DNA of 64,000 bases from Choristocarpus tenellus KU-1152 (taxonomy: Eukaryota; Protista; Phaeophyceae), in the NCBI GenBank assembly GCA_964200185.2, contig CAXNAD020000002.1, forward strand, positions 19,209 through 83,208. Direction: 5' to 3'. The notes under the pieces were generated by a model that was not told the DNA's origin, searched no databases, and was given only the letters and a program-made list of their open reading frames with translations. The position numbers and the translations under genes are program-made. Positions 52,201 through 64,000 of this stretch are shown here, in pieces. Within the stretch, counting starts at the first letter, position 1. Each line of letters begins with the position of its first letter.

Positions 52201-55200
52201 ACTAACTCTTGCAGTAATCAAAAATTAATCACCATTTGACTATAGATAGATACTGCGAAGAAACATTGTGACTGATGGAGCGATATGTTGTATTTACAGA
52301 ATTATGAAGTGTGTGCAAAACAATGCTTTCTGGATGTAAACAGAAAATTGGTATTGCAAACAAAAAGCAACAAGCAACAAGTAACAAGCAACAAGTAACA
52401 AGCAACAAATGTATATTATAATCATCAAAAATATTATGAAACATGGGTATGCATGGTACAACTCTGCTATTGTAGTATCCAGAATATGGTAAGTTTGCCT
52501 GTGAAGCAAATTGGAGGATATAGTTTAGAATTGACCATACTGACTTGCCAAGCGACAGCACATTTGACCATTAGAATCCTAGCAGTCAGGAGTCCATTTT
52601 GGGCCTGTTAGGCCAATTTCCTCCTTTTAAAATCACCTTCCTCTTTTATCTCCCTGCCTGGGCCAAATCGAAAGGAAAATCACCCACAATACAGGAATCA
52701 AACTGGGGTGTCTTACAATAATCCATCAAGCCCTAAATGAATGGTCAGTACAAAACGCGCCCCTACTAGGATACTATGGTCCACTTGAGCAAAGTTTTAA
52801 CCACCTCTTCCGTTTTAATTGCATTGTACACAATACAGTTTGGTTGTTACAAACTAAGTAACACACTAACCTGAGGAGAAATCTTGGTTCGTCCCACTGA
52901 ACCCATGTACAATCCGAGTGCCACAACAGCCAGAACCCCAGACACTTCAAGGGGATCGGGAAGGACATCCACAGATGACAATCACAAGGGAAAAAATCAA
53001 CTGAATCAAGTGGTGGACCATCGTTGCAAGGAATATGATACACATATACAGACTCATGATCTTTGGACAAGATCTCTTATACAAATAACTGATAAATCAC
53101 CATACTGCCTTGCAAATTAATTGCGCAAGGTTGACCCATCAACTCACCTCCAATCACATTCTCAGCAACAAAAAAACATATGTATGTTCCAGCAATTGTT
53201 ATGGTGATTTCCACAAGAACATCATTGAAGACCAATCCCTGTTGAGAAGGAAACATGTTGCATCAAAAATTGGTCTGAGAGGCATATCAGTTGTTACTAA
53301 CTCAGGGGCAATGTAAGCACAACATAAGAAAATGTACCTTTTACTTGAAAGTGAGTATAAAATGTACGCGCTTTTTTGTTTTATTTTTTTTGGCCACCAG
53401 CATCTGTCGGTTGTGAGTTTTTTTTTTTTACTAGGAAGAAGCGGGAGAGGTCGGTCGGTTGTGGTGATCGTTAGATCACAATAGTTTGAATCAATCATTT
53501 GAATTGTCCTAGTGAACCCAGGTGGATCCATTTTGGTGTGTGGTTCCCCAGACCCTTGAAAAACATCAAAGCTGGGTCTCAGACGCGCAGAAATATCATT
53601 TAAAATGCATTTTAGTTTTAGGGGAGGCTTTATAGAGTTCTTGCAAATTGCCTCACCAGCCAGAAAGTAGAAGCTGCACCAACACAGAGACCCAAGATTA
53701 TACCCCCAATCGACATTTTAAGAAATGTCAACAGGATTTGTGTGGGCGATTCAGATTCTTCTCCTGATACACTGGAGAGGATAGTCACAAAGATAACCAA
53801 TGCTGTGCCATCATTTAGCAGTGATTCCCCTGCAACGATATTTCAGGCAAGTGCATGCTGTATCAGATGACAAAGAGAGGATCACACATCCATCCACAGA
53901 ATAAGCACAAAGTGCTGCCCTGACTCTGGAAGGTTGCGGAGTGAACATAGTGAAGGAAGGAGTGCTAATTCTAGCATTGCCCCCAACTACAGACAAGTGT
54001 GCTTATATTTGAGGAAGGGTATGTTTATGTTAAATTTTCTGTCTAGCTTTCTACGGACCAGTATAGTATTTGCAATATGATATACATCTTCAAAAAGTTA
54101 ATACAAAGTAATCTGGAATAGAAAGGTTCAAGACATTGAAATTCCCCATCCCTTTTCTTATCCTACACCTTGCCTTGATATTAGTTCATTCATGGAAATA
54201 GAATTCTGCAATGAGTAGTTAAGTCCACCATTCGAGCAACACAGCCCAGTGCCCCACCTTCTATTGAAATGGAAAGATCTGCCTTGACACCCAGCTCCTT
54301 GAGCAGAGCAACAACAGCAACTGGATCAGTAGCGCTGAGTATACACCCAAGCAAGAAGCCATCCATATTGACCCATTTTCCACCCTCACAATGCTCAAAC
54401 TCAGCGGACTCCATCCCCTTTGTCAAGGTAGGATGTGTTTCATTTATTACAGAGTGGATGTTGCAGCGAGCTTCATGTAAAAAAAAAATCATTGTATTTT
54501 CAACATACTTGGAGTGTCCTCCTGATAAAGTATGCTTGTCCAAGCAGACACTCGAGTATAATTGGCATATTTCTTCCAGAATATAGTTGCGCTGGGTCAA
54601 CACATGTACACTAAGTACCTGGATCATGACATTGATGACAACACCAACAGCAGCTGTGCCAAAGAGAAGACCTGGCACAGCCATGAAAAGTACCGTCCAC
54701 TTCACCTATGGGAAATGCAAGATCATTTGAAACATGACATCTTCAAGAGAATTGCAATGTGAAGTAAACACAGCAGGCATGATTGTGGGGTATTGCAAAT
54801 CAAGGCATCAGTTCTGTTCTTCAAAATATCTCTGTTGGAAGAAAAGTTCTCTCTGAAAATTCCAATGAATCTCACCTTATTGAAAATGTTCCACTCAATG
54901 GCGAAGGCCGACTCAAATATGAGTGGTGGCAAGAAAACATGCAACAGTAGATGCGGATCAATGGACCCAAGCATTTGAACACTGATTCCAAGGACTTCAG
55001 TTTCCTCTCCCCAACCCATTCTGATTATCATCACACAAAGGAAAGGTCGAGTTTGAATCATAAGTTGGCAGTCAAGGTCATGATATTTTGTGCTTTCATG
55101 GCAAGGGCTACCTTGGAGAGTGCATCAAGTGTATTTTCTTGGAATACTGCAATCAGCTGTATGGGATAGAATAGACTAAGGCAAATGCAATGTACAAAGA

Positions 55201-55982
55201 CAAATACAAATGGTCAAAAATATATTTATAAGATACCATATCATGCACAGCAAGTTAGAAGTATTATGACAAAGTGGTTCATTAATCATTCTTGTGTCTT
55301 CATTCTTCAATACATGACATCCCCACCCATTACCGTCCACACCTTTGAAAAAGCACACCTCACCCCATTTCCTTCAAAGTGTTATGATTAACCAAATGTT
55401 GGCTTAACCTTTCACCCACTCTGGAGGAAAACTATTACGATCAACCCTTCCCTATAGCCGTCCTGTTCAGCACAGTGCCCAATTGATCAATATCCCTGCC
55501 TGTTGCTCCATAGATTTTGACAATTGCTACAAACTTAAGAGATACACTTTCGTTGTCACTTTTGGCAAGACTCGAAATGATGTGCTTGAGTCTATGCGTT
55601 AGGTCACCTTGCAAAGTACCCCATTATTCCTCCAGAGAAGAGCAGAAGTACAGTGTATGGAACAGGTATTTGTCGACATGTATGCCGGATGAAAGCACCA
55701 ATGATGAGCACAATGAATGGAGCTAGGATGGCATTCTGCAAAACGTTGAGAAGTTCCATGATACAGACAAGGGGTAACACATTTGTTGTTTAGCGTTCGC
55801 TCTCTTGATCTATCTTTGTAACATAAGATTGAAGATCCTACCTTACGGTTGGGTGAAGAGCGATGAGAAGAGGGGAAGGGGGCACTGACTCGTGTAGAAG
55901 GTACGCAAGCAAGATTTGTGCATTATTGTCTCACATGTGCACTTTGGTGTGAGGTCTCGTTGGTGTCGGTGGAACCCGACAT
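28336..55982 (-). CDS. Na+/H+ exchanger of SOS1/SLC9C type with voltage-sensor domain and cyclic-nucleotide-binding domain; at least 25 exons, extreme 3' end unresolved
   Basis: Exons 55935-55982 (tentative start), 55608-55735, 54876-55020, 54619-54705, 54258-54417, 53657-53829, 53148-53238, 52871-52944, 50861-51061, 49234-49365, 48937-49062, 48607-48729, 48381-48475, 48059-48248, 47793-47900, 47369-47532, 47004-47166, [tentative linker exons near 42942-43014, 42482-42631, 41790-41990], 37027-37168, 36528-36626, 30437-30604, 30076-30234, 29427-29612, 28563-28735, 28336-28423. CPA1 motifs: PYTVLLL, IDPHLLLHVFLPPLIFESAF, LSATDPVAVVALLKELG, IEGESLLNDG, VSGVLAVV, FWELLAFLGNT, WGGLRGAVGLALAL, LTLAVNGTT. 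Cytosolic motifs: SYWKQF, LGYDIAAGF, YPEIA. Confidence 0.93.
29427..30234 (-). other. Cyclic-nucleotide-binding (homology) domain of the exchanger
   Basis: YVIQQNEANTSVYVLARGTVKVIRK-DDNGSEITLTELGIGSFFGEVSWALKQPPLASIKTTSSCVLFKISSDDL is the cNMP-binding fold pattern. Confidence 0.88.
35831..35916. repeat. Tandem duplication, 40-bp unit x2
   Basis: CTTTGAGATYARCCATGAAATTTAGTCAACATTGCCTCTA at 35831 and 35871. Confidence 0.9.
43443..43746. mobile_element. MITE-like element, same family as 25966-26313
   Basis: TGTCAAATATTGAGATACCACTGTTCC (43443-43469) and GGAACAGTGATATCTCAATATTTGACA (43720-43746) are 27-bp inverted repeats with one mismatch. The internal TTGACAAAATCAGAGG...CCCCACTAA.CACA.ACTTGCCCT is shared with the other copy. 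Confidence 0.7.
47100..47900 (-). other. Voltage-sensor-like domain (S1-S4) of the exchanger
   Basis: S1 WLAGLLSACVLSPVLA; S2 FWTIVFAVEVCLRIW (F..E...R/K); S3 PMSVLDMVVVMLNII (conserved D); S4 FATFVWLLRVVRFVD. Confidence 0.8.
52365..52408. repeat. 7-bp minisatellite (AAGYAAC)n
   Basis: aagcaac aagcaac aagtaac aagcaac aagtaac aagcaac. Confidence 0.85.
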
Positions 55983-56364
55983 CGACACCGTAAGTTGCTG
56001 TTGCCACAACCTCTACCTCAACAAGCCTAGCTGCACCAAGCCGAAGGCTGTCTGTTTGCGCAGTTTCCCCATGGCGGCAATAATCTCAACACTATCTCAT
56101 TCGATTCATTTGCATTAGTACAATATTGACAACCTGTTGTGGGTAGGGGGTCCAAGGGTACTGGAAAGACGAGGGTGGGCTTCTGTCGTTTTTTGACGTT
56201 TCACTTTATGTTTTCCCCGAACCACTAAGGACACCTCATCCGTATGTACTTGTATACTCCATGTGATTATAGTAGTAAAATATTTAGACGCTGACACGTC
56301 TAAATTATTCCAGAACGGAGTGTGGAGGATGAAGGTTGTCGTACGCTGCTGGGAAATTGCTTAC

Positions 56365-57720
56365 AACAGGAGAACATTACTATATGAGGAAAAATCAGGT
56401 TTCCAGCTCCGAATCTCCACTGTGGATATGATGTACACCAGACACGCCTTCAAGAGCTTGGCGAGGAAAAGCTTGTACCGCTCTGCTCATGTGTTTTATT
56501 TACCAATGTAAAGCGAATGACCCTGTTGATGGATATCTCTCAAGGGTTGTACATCCCAAAAAAGTTTGGAATGCCTGAGAAGATTATATCAGTAATCTGG
56601 CAATTCCATGAAGGAATGTGGGCATGGGTACTCACCGATGATGAATAATGTACAGTTTAATTTGGGATTGGATACGCCCTTTCAACAAAGGTTGCTCTCG
56701 ATCCCGTACTCTTCAAAATATTCTTACCTGCAGTGCATGATGCAGCAGTTAAATAGTTTATCTCTTACCCGGGCAACTCCAAAGACCTTGTCATCAAGGG
56801 ATATGCCTCAAACAACCAGATCCGAAGGAGAGGAACAAGAGTGGGGTAACACTTGAGTCACTCCTGTGCGATACACTTTAGACCTATGGTGTGAGCATTG
56901 TCTCTACGACAGAGGTAAGTCTGACCAGGATGATGACAGCGATTGTGAAGGTGGCCAAGTGATTTTCCTGAACATGCCAGAGTTGAAGCCCGAGACCATG
57001 TCCCTTCGACGTCCAAATAACGGCACAGACATTGCATAGACCTGGGCGCTGGGGTAATACTACAAGCAGACGAAAAAAATTATTTTCCTTGGAGGCACCA
57101 TCAGCGGTGAAGCCGGTATCACTACCAAGATCAGTCAAAGGGTTCAAAAGCTTGGGTTTTTTCCGCAAGAACCGCCAAGGGCTTCATGGCAGGACCACAA
57201 GTGTATCACTTGAACTTGATATTCAGATGCTCAAGGCTGAAGTAGTTGAGGTTCTGTTACATAGTTATGTGACAAGGACAATCCGCCAGGTCCACTCTAT
57301 GAAGCTTTGCTCTCACCACCGATTCTTCCTATGCTGCATGGGATGTGCAAACAGGAATCTATTGATCACACACTATCCCACAAAGTTATCTCGATGAAGA
57401 TTGCATTGTTACATTATCAAGGCAACTTTGCAAAATCGGAGACTTCCATTTTCAGGTTTAGTTGCATGCAAGGGGGATGAGCAACTTCAAAGGTGCTGAA
57501 GTTCAGGGAGCTTGCAGATTGAAAATGGAAGCAAGGTGGGCAAGACAAGCTGGTGGATGTCCCTGCAAGACGACTTCAAGAAGTTTGGGATCACAGTTGA
57601 GGGGGATGCACAAGGGGAAGCAACCAACCAACATATAGAAACTTCATGGCATTGTGGCATTCTAAGGAAGCTGTGATAGCTGATGTATATCATGGAAAAG
57701 CAGCAGCTAAGGCAGTTAAA
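56365..57720 (+). mobile_element. 5'-truncated, degenerate non-LTR retrotransposon (LINE, RTE-like) reverse transcriptase
   Basis: Collinear RT motifs across stops and frameshifts: EEKSGF..STVDMM, RLQELG, MCFI..KA.DPVD, FGMPEKIISVIWQFHEGM, LDPVLFKIF, a decayed YADD region (YGVSIVS...LTRMMTAIV), K.ETM, YKQT..IIFLGGTIS, MLKAEVVEVLL, and a C-terminal ..ELAD..KQGGQ..SLQDDFKKFGI. Confidence 0.9.
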
Positions 57721-58499
57721 GGAACCATCACCATGACCACATATATACTGAAAGCTGCCTTCTGATTGCCTTTTGGGGGTGGTTGATTATTCTTTCATCC
57801 CTCTTTCCCATTTTCCGTTGCGAGATATGTTATGAGTAGTGTTTTCAAATTGTACTGTTTTTTTTTTCTGTTTATTCTCTTTCCTTTTCTTCTTTTATCT
57901 TGCTTTCTACTCCAGTAATTTTTTCTTCTGTAGTTTTTGTACCTCTCAAGCAGTGTGCATTGCTTTCTACAGATTTCCTTTCGACCTCAGGTCTGGAACC
58001 CCGTCAGGTTAATGGGAGTAGTGATAATAGGAGGTGGCCTTTTGAGGGTGAAATGAAGGAGCAATTTGTTTTGGATTAAGACTTTTTTATGTGAGATCAT
58101 AGAGCCCTCAAACAAATCATTGCAGGTAGGCAAGTTGGTAGGTAGAGAACCCTCTGGAATGCATGGGAGGCTCTAATTTGTACAAGAGCAACCTGTGTGA
58201 TCAATTCCCTTTTTTGCTATACTACTCAGATGCATCATTTGGGATACTTACCTTCACTTGTATCTGATGTCAAATGTAGGAGAATAGAAATATCCCTCAG
58301 GAATATGACATTGTTTGCTCCCTACTTTAAGAGACTATTTTTTTTTACCAGCCTGGTACTGTTTGTCCCTCTGTTTGCTTTCATTTTTCCCAGTGCAATG
58401 AATTCCCTTGTAACATGGATTTGTAGGTAATCATACCAATGAAAACTGTATTTGTAAACTCCTTCCTGCTACTCAAAATGGGTGAGGTAAGTTTACTGT

Positions 58500-60050
58500 T
58501 CAAAGTCTGTGCAGGCGCAATGGGGTAAGGACATCCTTCATCAGACTTCCTGATATGTGGAATGTGTTGGTGATTGGAGCTGCAGGGCCGAGGGGTTGAT
58601 GTGGGAGTGTGGCCTGTTCTCCATTTGTGTTGCTACAGCTGTGTCTGTATCTGTGCCTTAGTCTTGTGTGTGATGAACAAGTTCTTTCTTTATCTGGGTG
58701 TCCCTCAAAACATCCTGTGTGCTTGGTCGCAGCACCTCACACTGCAGACTATTGCTCTATAGTTTGTCAACAGAATTACATCTGTCTTGAGAATTACATG
58801 CACTCAGACGAACCCATTGCGACAATGCTGTGGAGCAATAATCCTGTTGTGAAGCACTCGTGTCTCTCAAGTGCAAGGACGTAATGGTACACACGCAAAC
58901 CTTTGTGGAGAAGATGGGGTACTACAGGGCCTAATGCTGTGGGTGGGTTACAGGGGGGCTGTGATGTTGGGGTAAAGAGGAGGTGAAGCTCCATCAGTTG
59001 GTATACACTGTGTTGGAGGAGTCCCAACTGGAGGAAAATATTAGTAGGGGACATGTGCGGGAGCTTGTAGGGCCTCTTCTAGGGGAAGAGGAGGAGAATA
59101 TCCACCACTGAGCATCTATAATGCTGGAGCAGCAGCAAGGGGAAATGGACAGTGTGACTGTGTGGTGTATCCAAGAGTGTATACCCAGGTAAGGCTGTGG
59201 GGACTGTGCTCTGGGGGGAAAGAGGAGAACATCTGCCACTAAGCAGCCACAGTCCTTAAGCAGCACCAGGATAAAAGGCATAGGGTGTATGTCTGTGCGG
59301 TTCTAATCTGGGAGAAAGAAGGAGGGGAAAATCCTCCAGTTAGCAGATTTTGTGCTCCAGCTGCACCAAGGGGAATGGCACAGGGGAAGGCTGTGTCTGG
59401 TTACGTAGCAGAGGATTATACCAGCGGGGTGGTCTGTGCGTGCCTGTTAAAAAAATGCTGATTGAGTCAATCATGCATGTGTAGGTGTGTGAGTCTTTGC
59501 TTAATTTTGGCCTCCAAAGTGATCAACAGGGGGTTCTACACAAATGGTGAAGTTATCACAGGCCAGGCCCCTGCCAGAGAGCAGAAGAACAGATCAATCT
59601 TCTGACCAATGATTCCCCCAATCTACATCAATAAAAACATTAAGACTACAGGTAGAACCACCCATTGGCAGTCTGTTTGGGTTTGGATGTTCTACATTAC
59701 TTTGTTGTAGATGTGTTATTGTGTCCCCTTCACAAGATTGGCAAGGAGATGTGATTGGCGCAGTACGTCCAATTTTGGACGATGTTCTCTGCCACTTTGT
59801 ATTCCAAATACTCATCACTCTGTATCTTTTCATCTCTCTCTTGAAAGGGATCAGGATGCAATACTTCCTGATAATGTACCAGTATATATTGGTGGGCAAG
59901 GGCATATCGTTCTTGAAGGGAGATGAGCCTCAGGAACATGGTTGGAATGGTATCGTGTAGATTGAGCCTCACGTATTCTCCAATCAGGTTGGGAAAGACT
60001 TGATGCCAATACACTATCACCTTGTACATCCATGAACACGAAAGCTATCT
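58500..60050 (-). mobile_element. Possible highly degenerate Ty1/copia gag-protease remnant
   Basis: ORF 59730-60029 resembles a UBN2-type gag helix bundle (PTMFLRL...LEYKVAENIVQN). It is followed by a Pro/Ser-rich spacer and QWV.....LTNYR...VRC, like the copia protease start. No intact CCHC or DSG motif. Confidence 0.3.
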
Positions 60051-62738
60051 AAATGAATCGGTGGGCCTACTCTTTGCCATGTTCTCTTCTGTTTCTATAG
60101 TATGTTTCAGTCTCCATCAGTCCATGTTGAGCGTGTCATATAGACAACCCATGACTCCATTTCTTTCACAACATAGGACGACATTACTTACACACACACT
60201 CCTATCCTCACATCTAATGCACTTCCCAAGACCTATTGAGTGAGGGGCATGGCGAAGAATAGGAACATGGGTGACCTGCCTAATGCCCCAAGCATGAACG
60301 ATGAGGAAGAGGAACTGCCATTATATACAAACATACAAAAATGCTTGTAGAAGAAGGATCCATCTTAAAGAAGTGCTTATCAAAGGGGTTTTGTTAGAAG
60401 CTGTAGTGCAAATTGTGGAGGAACTGAAACAGAAGGATAAAGTTGTAGGAAATGCACAGGTAAATAGCAGTCAACAGGGCAAGAGTGCTAAAAAGGAGAA
60501 GGTGTCTTCCTATGTCCTACCAACAAAAATACAACTCCAAGTACTCTGTTTCATACTCCTGCATAGTATTATTCTATCTGTAAATGCTTTTTTAACATTC
60601 ACACTCACTTTTATTGTGTGTAAATGAAACTAGCATGTGAAATATATCGTTCCAAAATTTAGAAAAAAAAGTCAAGTAGAATTTTCTCCTCAGGGATGTG
60701 CATGATGGCGATGTCTTCCTCAAAATAATCAAGTACTCCAAGGGTGTCGGACTCATTGATAGGACAGCCAATTCAGTCCTTCTAGGTTAAGGTTTCCACC
60801 TACCATTTTCTGCATTCCATTGCGTTCAATTGAGCCCTACCATTTTAAAAGGGGGGGTGGGGTTGCCCAGTGTGTCCTTCCAGGGATTCAAATAGTGTAG
60901 CAAACACCACATTTCCAAGCACTTTTTTGCATGTGCTGTGTTCCGGATTTTGTCAAATGTGTATGAACAGCCAAGATACAAAACTGGTATTTTGGAGTGT
61001 GTTGTCATGTACACACACTAATGATGAACCACATATTTTGAAAAAGTATCTTAACCAGAATTTGTAATGTAGACATGAAGGAAGTCACGGTACAAAAGTA
61101 AAGTGCACCAAAGAGAAAATGGTTTATGAGAGACTAAGGCAAGACTAAGACGCACAAAGAACTGAAGAGACATATCTGATCACAACATCTGCACCATGAG
61201 AAAAATAATGAAATTTCTGAGTCATACCATCTTACAGAGGGGCCCAGGCATCCGTTTGGAGTTCTTATTTCAATCTTGTGATTTTGATGTAATTTTAGCA
61301 AACATGTAAACTGAGCATGTATAGACATTCTTACTCTGAACACACTAACCATACTCATTCCCTTTCTATGGTTTCTACTTATAAACAGTGTTTGAGTGTA
61401 ATTCTGTGTGTGTTTGTACTAGTTGAACGAGAACCATGACACACTTGCTCCCCCAAAATGTATTTTATTGCAACTTGTTCAGTTCATGTAGCTGATGAAC
61501 TTCCTTGAGAGGAGATGATAAGGGGGAGCCCAAATGGAGCACAGGATGAAGACATGAAGTAGGAGGAGATTTATGCCGAACGGAACCAATATCTCTTGTG
61601 GATACCTTCATCAGAGGCAGTGTATGAAGAAACGTTTGGTTGATTATTTGTTCCTGTGAGGAACTATGGATCAAATGATAGAATGTAAATTTTAAAACTC
61701 CAGTTGACTCTTGATTTACTGAGAAAACAGTCGGCATAGTAGATCAAGGGTTTACCAGAGCTCTGACAGTAAATTGACAGAAATATTATGTGCATTAAAA
61801 AAAGTACAAAATTGTAGTGCTCTCTACTTCTAATACAGAATATGGTCCAACAATCAATACCTATATCCTCTCTCAATAAGAAGAATGAGATATGCCCATT
61901 TCCTGACACAAAAAATACAAAACTTCAGCCAATTCCGATACATAGCGAAATTCGAAAAACACAGAGAAAAGATATATGCCTATATCATTATTTCCTCACA
62001 TTTTATTAATACTGTGAACAGAAACACCTAAGGGTATCTAAATTTGTATATATTCTACGAACAGCTTCCAATTTTCATGAAGAAGAGGCTAATGAGAGTG
62101 AAATTCATTCCTCATCAGTGTTTGTCAAAACAAATCATCTTTGTATTCCAAAATGGCCCACACAGTTTTGTTGGGTCGTTTTGGAGTACAAAGATGATTA
62201 GTTCTCCAACAGGCACTGATAAAGATACAAACACAAGCAACCAAACTTCTCCAACATGTAATGAAGTCCCTAAGGTGACTCGAGCCAATAGACTACCCAA
62301 GGCAAAACCTTCATTATATCTCTTCCACACTTGCCTTCTCCTTTAAGAAATTAGGCTTCAAATTGTAAAGAACACCAACACTTGAATATCTTGTATACAC
62401 AACTTGGCCCATAGTACTTTAAAGTGGAAGGAGCGGGGATTAGCCCAGGTCATCCTTTGGGACCTTGATCGCATGTTATAAAATTTCCAGTTTGATGCCA
62501 TTTTCATGGCTGATTTTCCTCCTATTTGGTGAAAATCTAGAATAGGGGATGGTTAAGGCAGATATCTGTCTAACCTTTGGGATTGGAATGGAGGTGTTGA
62601 AATGGAGGTGAAGTAAGTCAAGGGTACACTGTGGAGTATTTTTTAGGCTGTCTTGTGTGCATTGTGATGTTTCTATTTGAAGAAAAAGAGTTTGGAAATA
62701 AGACTTGCAAATTAATTGTCCATAGATAGAGCATGTGA

Positions 62739-62770
62739 TCCTAACCCTAACCCTAAACCCTAATCCTAAC
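62739..62770. repeat. Interstitial telomere-like (CCCTAA)n repeat
   Basis: cctaaccctaaccctaaaccctaatcctaacc; shorter tracts at about 3945-3966, 32514-32527 and 46262-46282. Confidence 0.8.
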
Positions 62771-63290
62771 CATGTGATATACACCCCTTCACACCAACGA
62801 ATTCTGACATTCATGAAACAAACAATACAAAAGAAACATCCCAATCAAAACCTCTCCAAGACGCCAGGGAACAGCCGCTCTGGAATATCAGTGCAACATC
62901 AAAGATGGTGCATTAAAGACCACCCTACAAGGTAAGATGCAGAATGTATCACACCGTGATGTCTATATAACTACAACAGAACAAAACTCCCATTCAAAAC
63001 ACACTTAGAAATAAAATACCGAAATTTAGGATACATAACCTCAAAAGAAATTATGACCAAGGAGTAAACATGACATTTTGTATGTATAATAAAGACACGG
63101 ATACTTAGGAGAATAAGAGAAACAAACCATTAACACACATCTGCTAAAAAATAATATAATTTTCAAGAAATCAATGTAATTTATGCAAAATACCTCTACA
63201 CCAATCATGTCCAACTTGTTTAACATATATAATATTTAAATATTTATAAGAAGAACGAAAAAAAATCGCCACACAGGAGAAGAAATATGA

Positions 63291-64000
63291 CTAGTAGACC
63301 ATCTCTTGCTGCCCCGCTTCTGCCTCACCATCATGGGGGACTTGTGCAGAACCTGATATGTTGATATCTGGACAAAGTGTCTTGTATGCATTAGTCGTCC
63401 CATCAAAAGTACAAGACCCTGTCCTTACCTTCGCTCTGGCGTGGAGATTTCTCTGGTCCAACTTGGGCACAACCTTCAAGGCTGGTTCTAGGAGGGTGTA
63501 CCGCTCAATGTACTTTTTATTTTCCTCCCTATGCTTCACCTGGTGAGATCCATCTCCATATGGGGTTGTATGTCGCGTTCAGCTGTGAGTTGATTGGACT
63601 TCCTCTTTTCCTTTTCTCATACCTGCGCAATGCCCTCAACCTTTTCCTCTGAAATGTTGGATCGCGTAGCCTAGGTGGCAAGGGGCTCTCACCATCCTCT
63701 TCCCTGTAACCCACAGAGTAAACAAGTGCCTCGGAATCATTAACATCTACAACTTCTGTGCCATAAGTTTGTGCCTCAAAATATGAGGACTCGCCGAGCG
63801 AGAACGACGCCGAATCGGACGATAACCCCACAGAATGAAATCAGGTCAGTAACCTCAGCTTTCAGAAAAGGTTGGGATCGAGGATTATTAGGTACAAACT
63901 CGAGGTGCTTCAAGCCATCAAAGTAGGGGTCTTTTGGGGTGATTTTGAGACCAGAACAGGGCACATCGAGGGTCAGAACGACGGCATAGCAACCCCCCCA
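63291..64000 (-). pseudogene. 3' end of an intronless unknown ORF entering from the right edge, broken by two +1 homopolymer frameshifts
   Basis: Three abutting ORFs (63776-64000, 63529-63831, 63291-63539) merge into one frame of about 235 aa if one base is removed from each of two 4-nt homopolymers (near 63826-63829 and 63562-63565). CpG-rich. Confidence 0.5.

Noticed and set aside
62432-62460. GCGGGGATTAGCCCAGG resembling a tRNA 5' end
   Set aside because: No anticodon arm, T-loop (GTTCRA) or acceptor-stem complement follows.

Overview
Eukaryotic, intron-rich nuclear DNA of roughly 40% GC. It is probably an ochrophyte or brown alga; I infer this from LINE RT motifs, TTAGGG-type repeats and gene style. 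Five spliced genes can be built by hand: an RNase III-domain gene (-) head-to-head with a PWI/RS splicing factor (SRRM1-like, +); organellar phenylalanyl-tRNA synthetase (-) head-to-head with TIP41/TIPRL (+); and a ~28 kb Na+/H+ exchanger (-). The exchanger has SLC9C (sperm-type sNHE) architecture: CPA1 transport domain, 4-helix voltage-sensor domain, cyclic-nucleotide-binding domain. Both of its sensors look degenerate: S4 has only 2 Arg, and the cNMP-binding Arg is replaced by Pro. The most striking accessory feature is a ~550 bp, ~30% GC bacterial insert at 7238-7788. It is made of two joined pieces: a Rickettsiales-like recF fragment (+) and the junction of a type II toxin-antitoxin operon (antitoxin C-terminus plus relE/parE-family toxin, -). 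It sits between hAT-like transposon ends. Other signals: strong CpG depletion everywhere except gene starts (CpG-island-like), four GC-AG introns, LINE/hAT/copia/MITE debris, and an intronless, frameshifted, CpG-rich unknown ORF at the right edge. No rRNA, tRNA or CRISPR array is supported. All homology calls come from motif recognition; no search was run.
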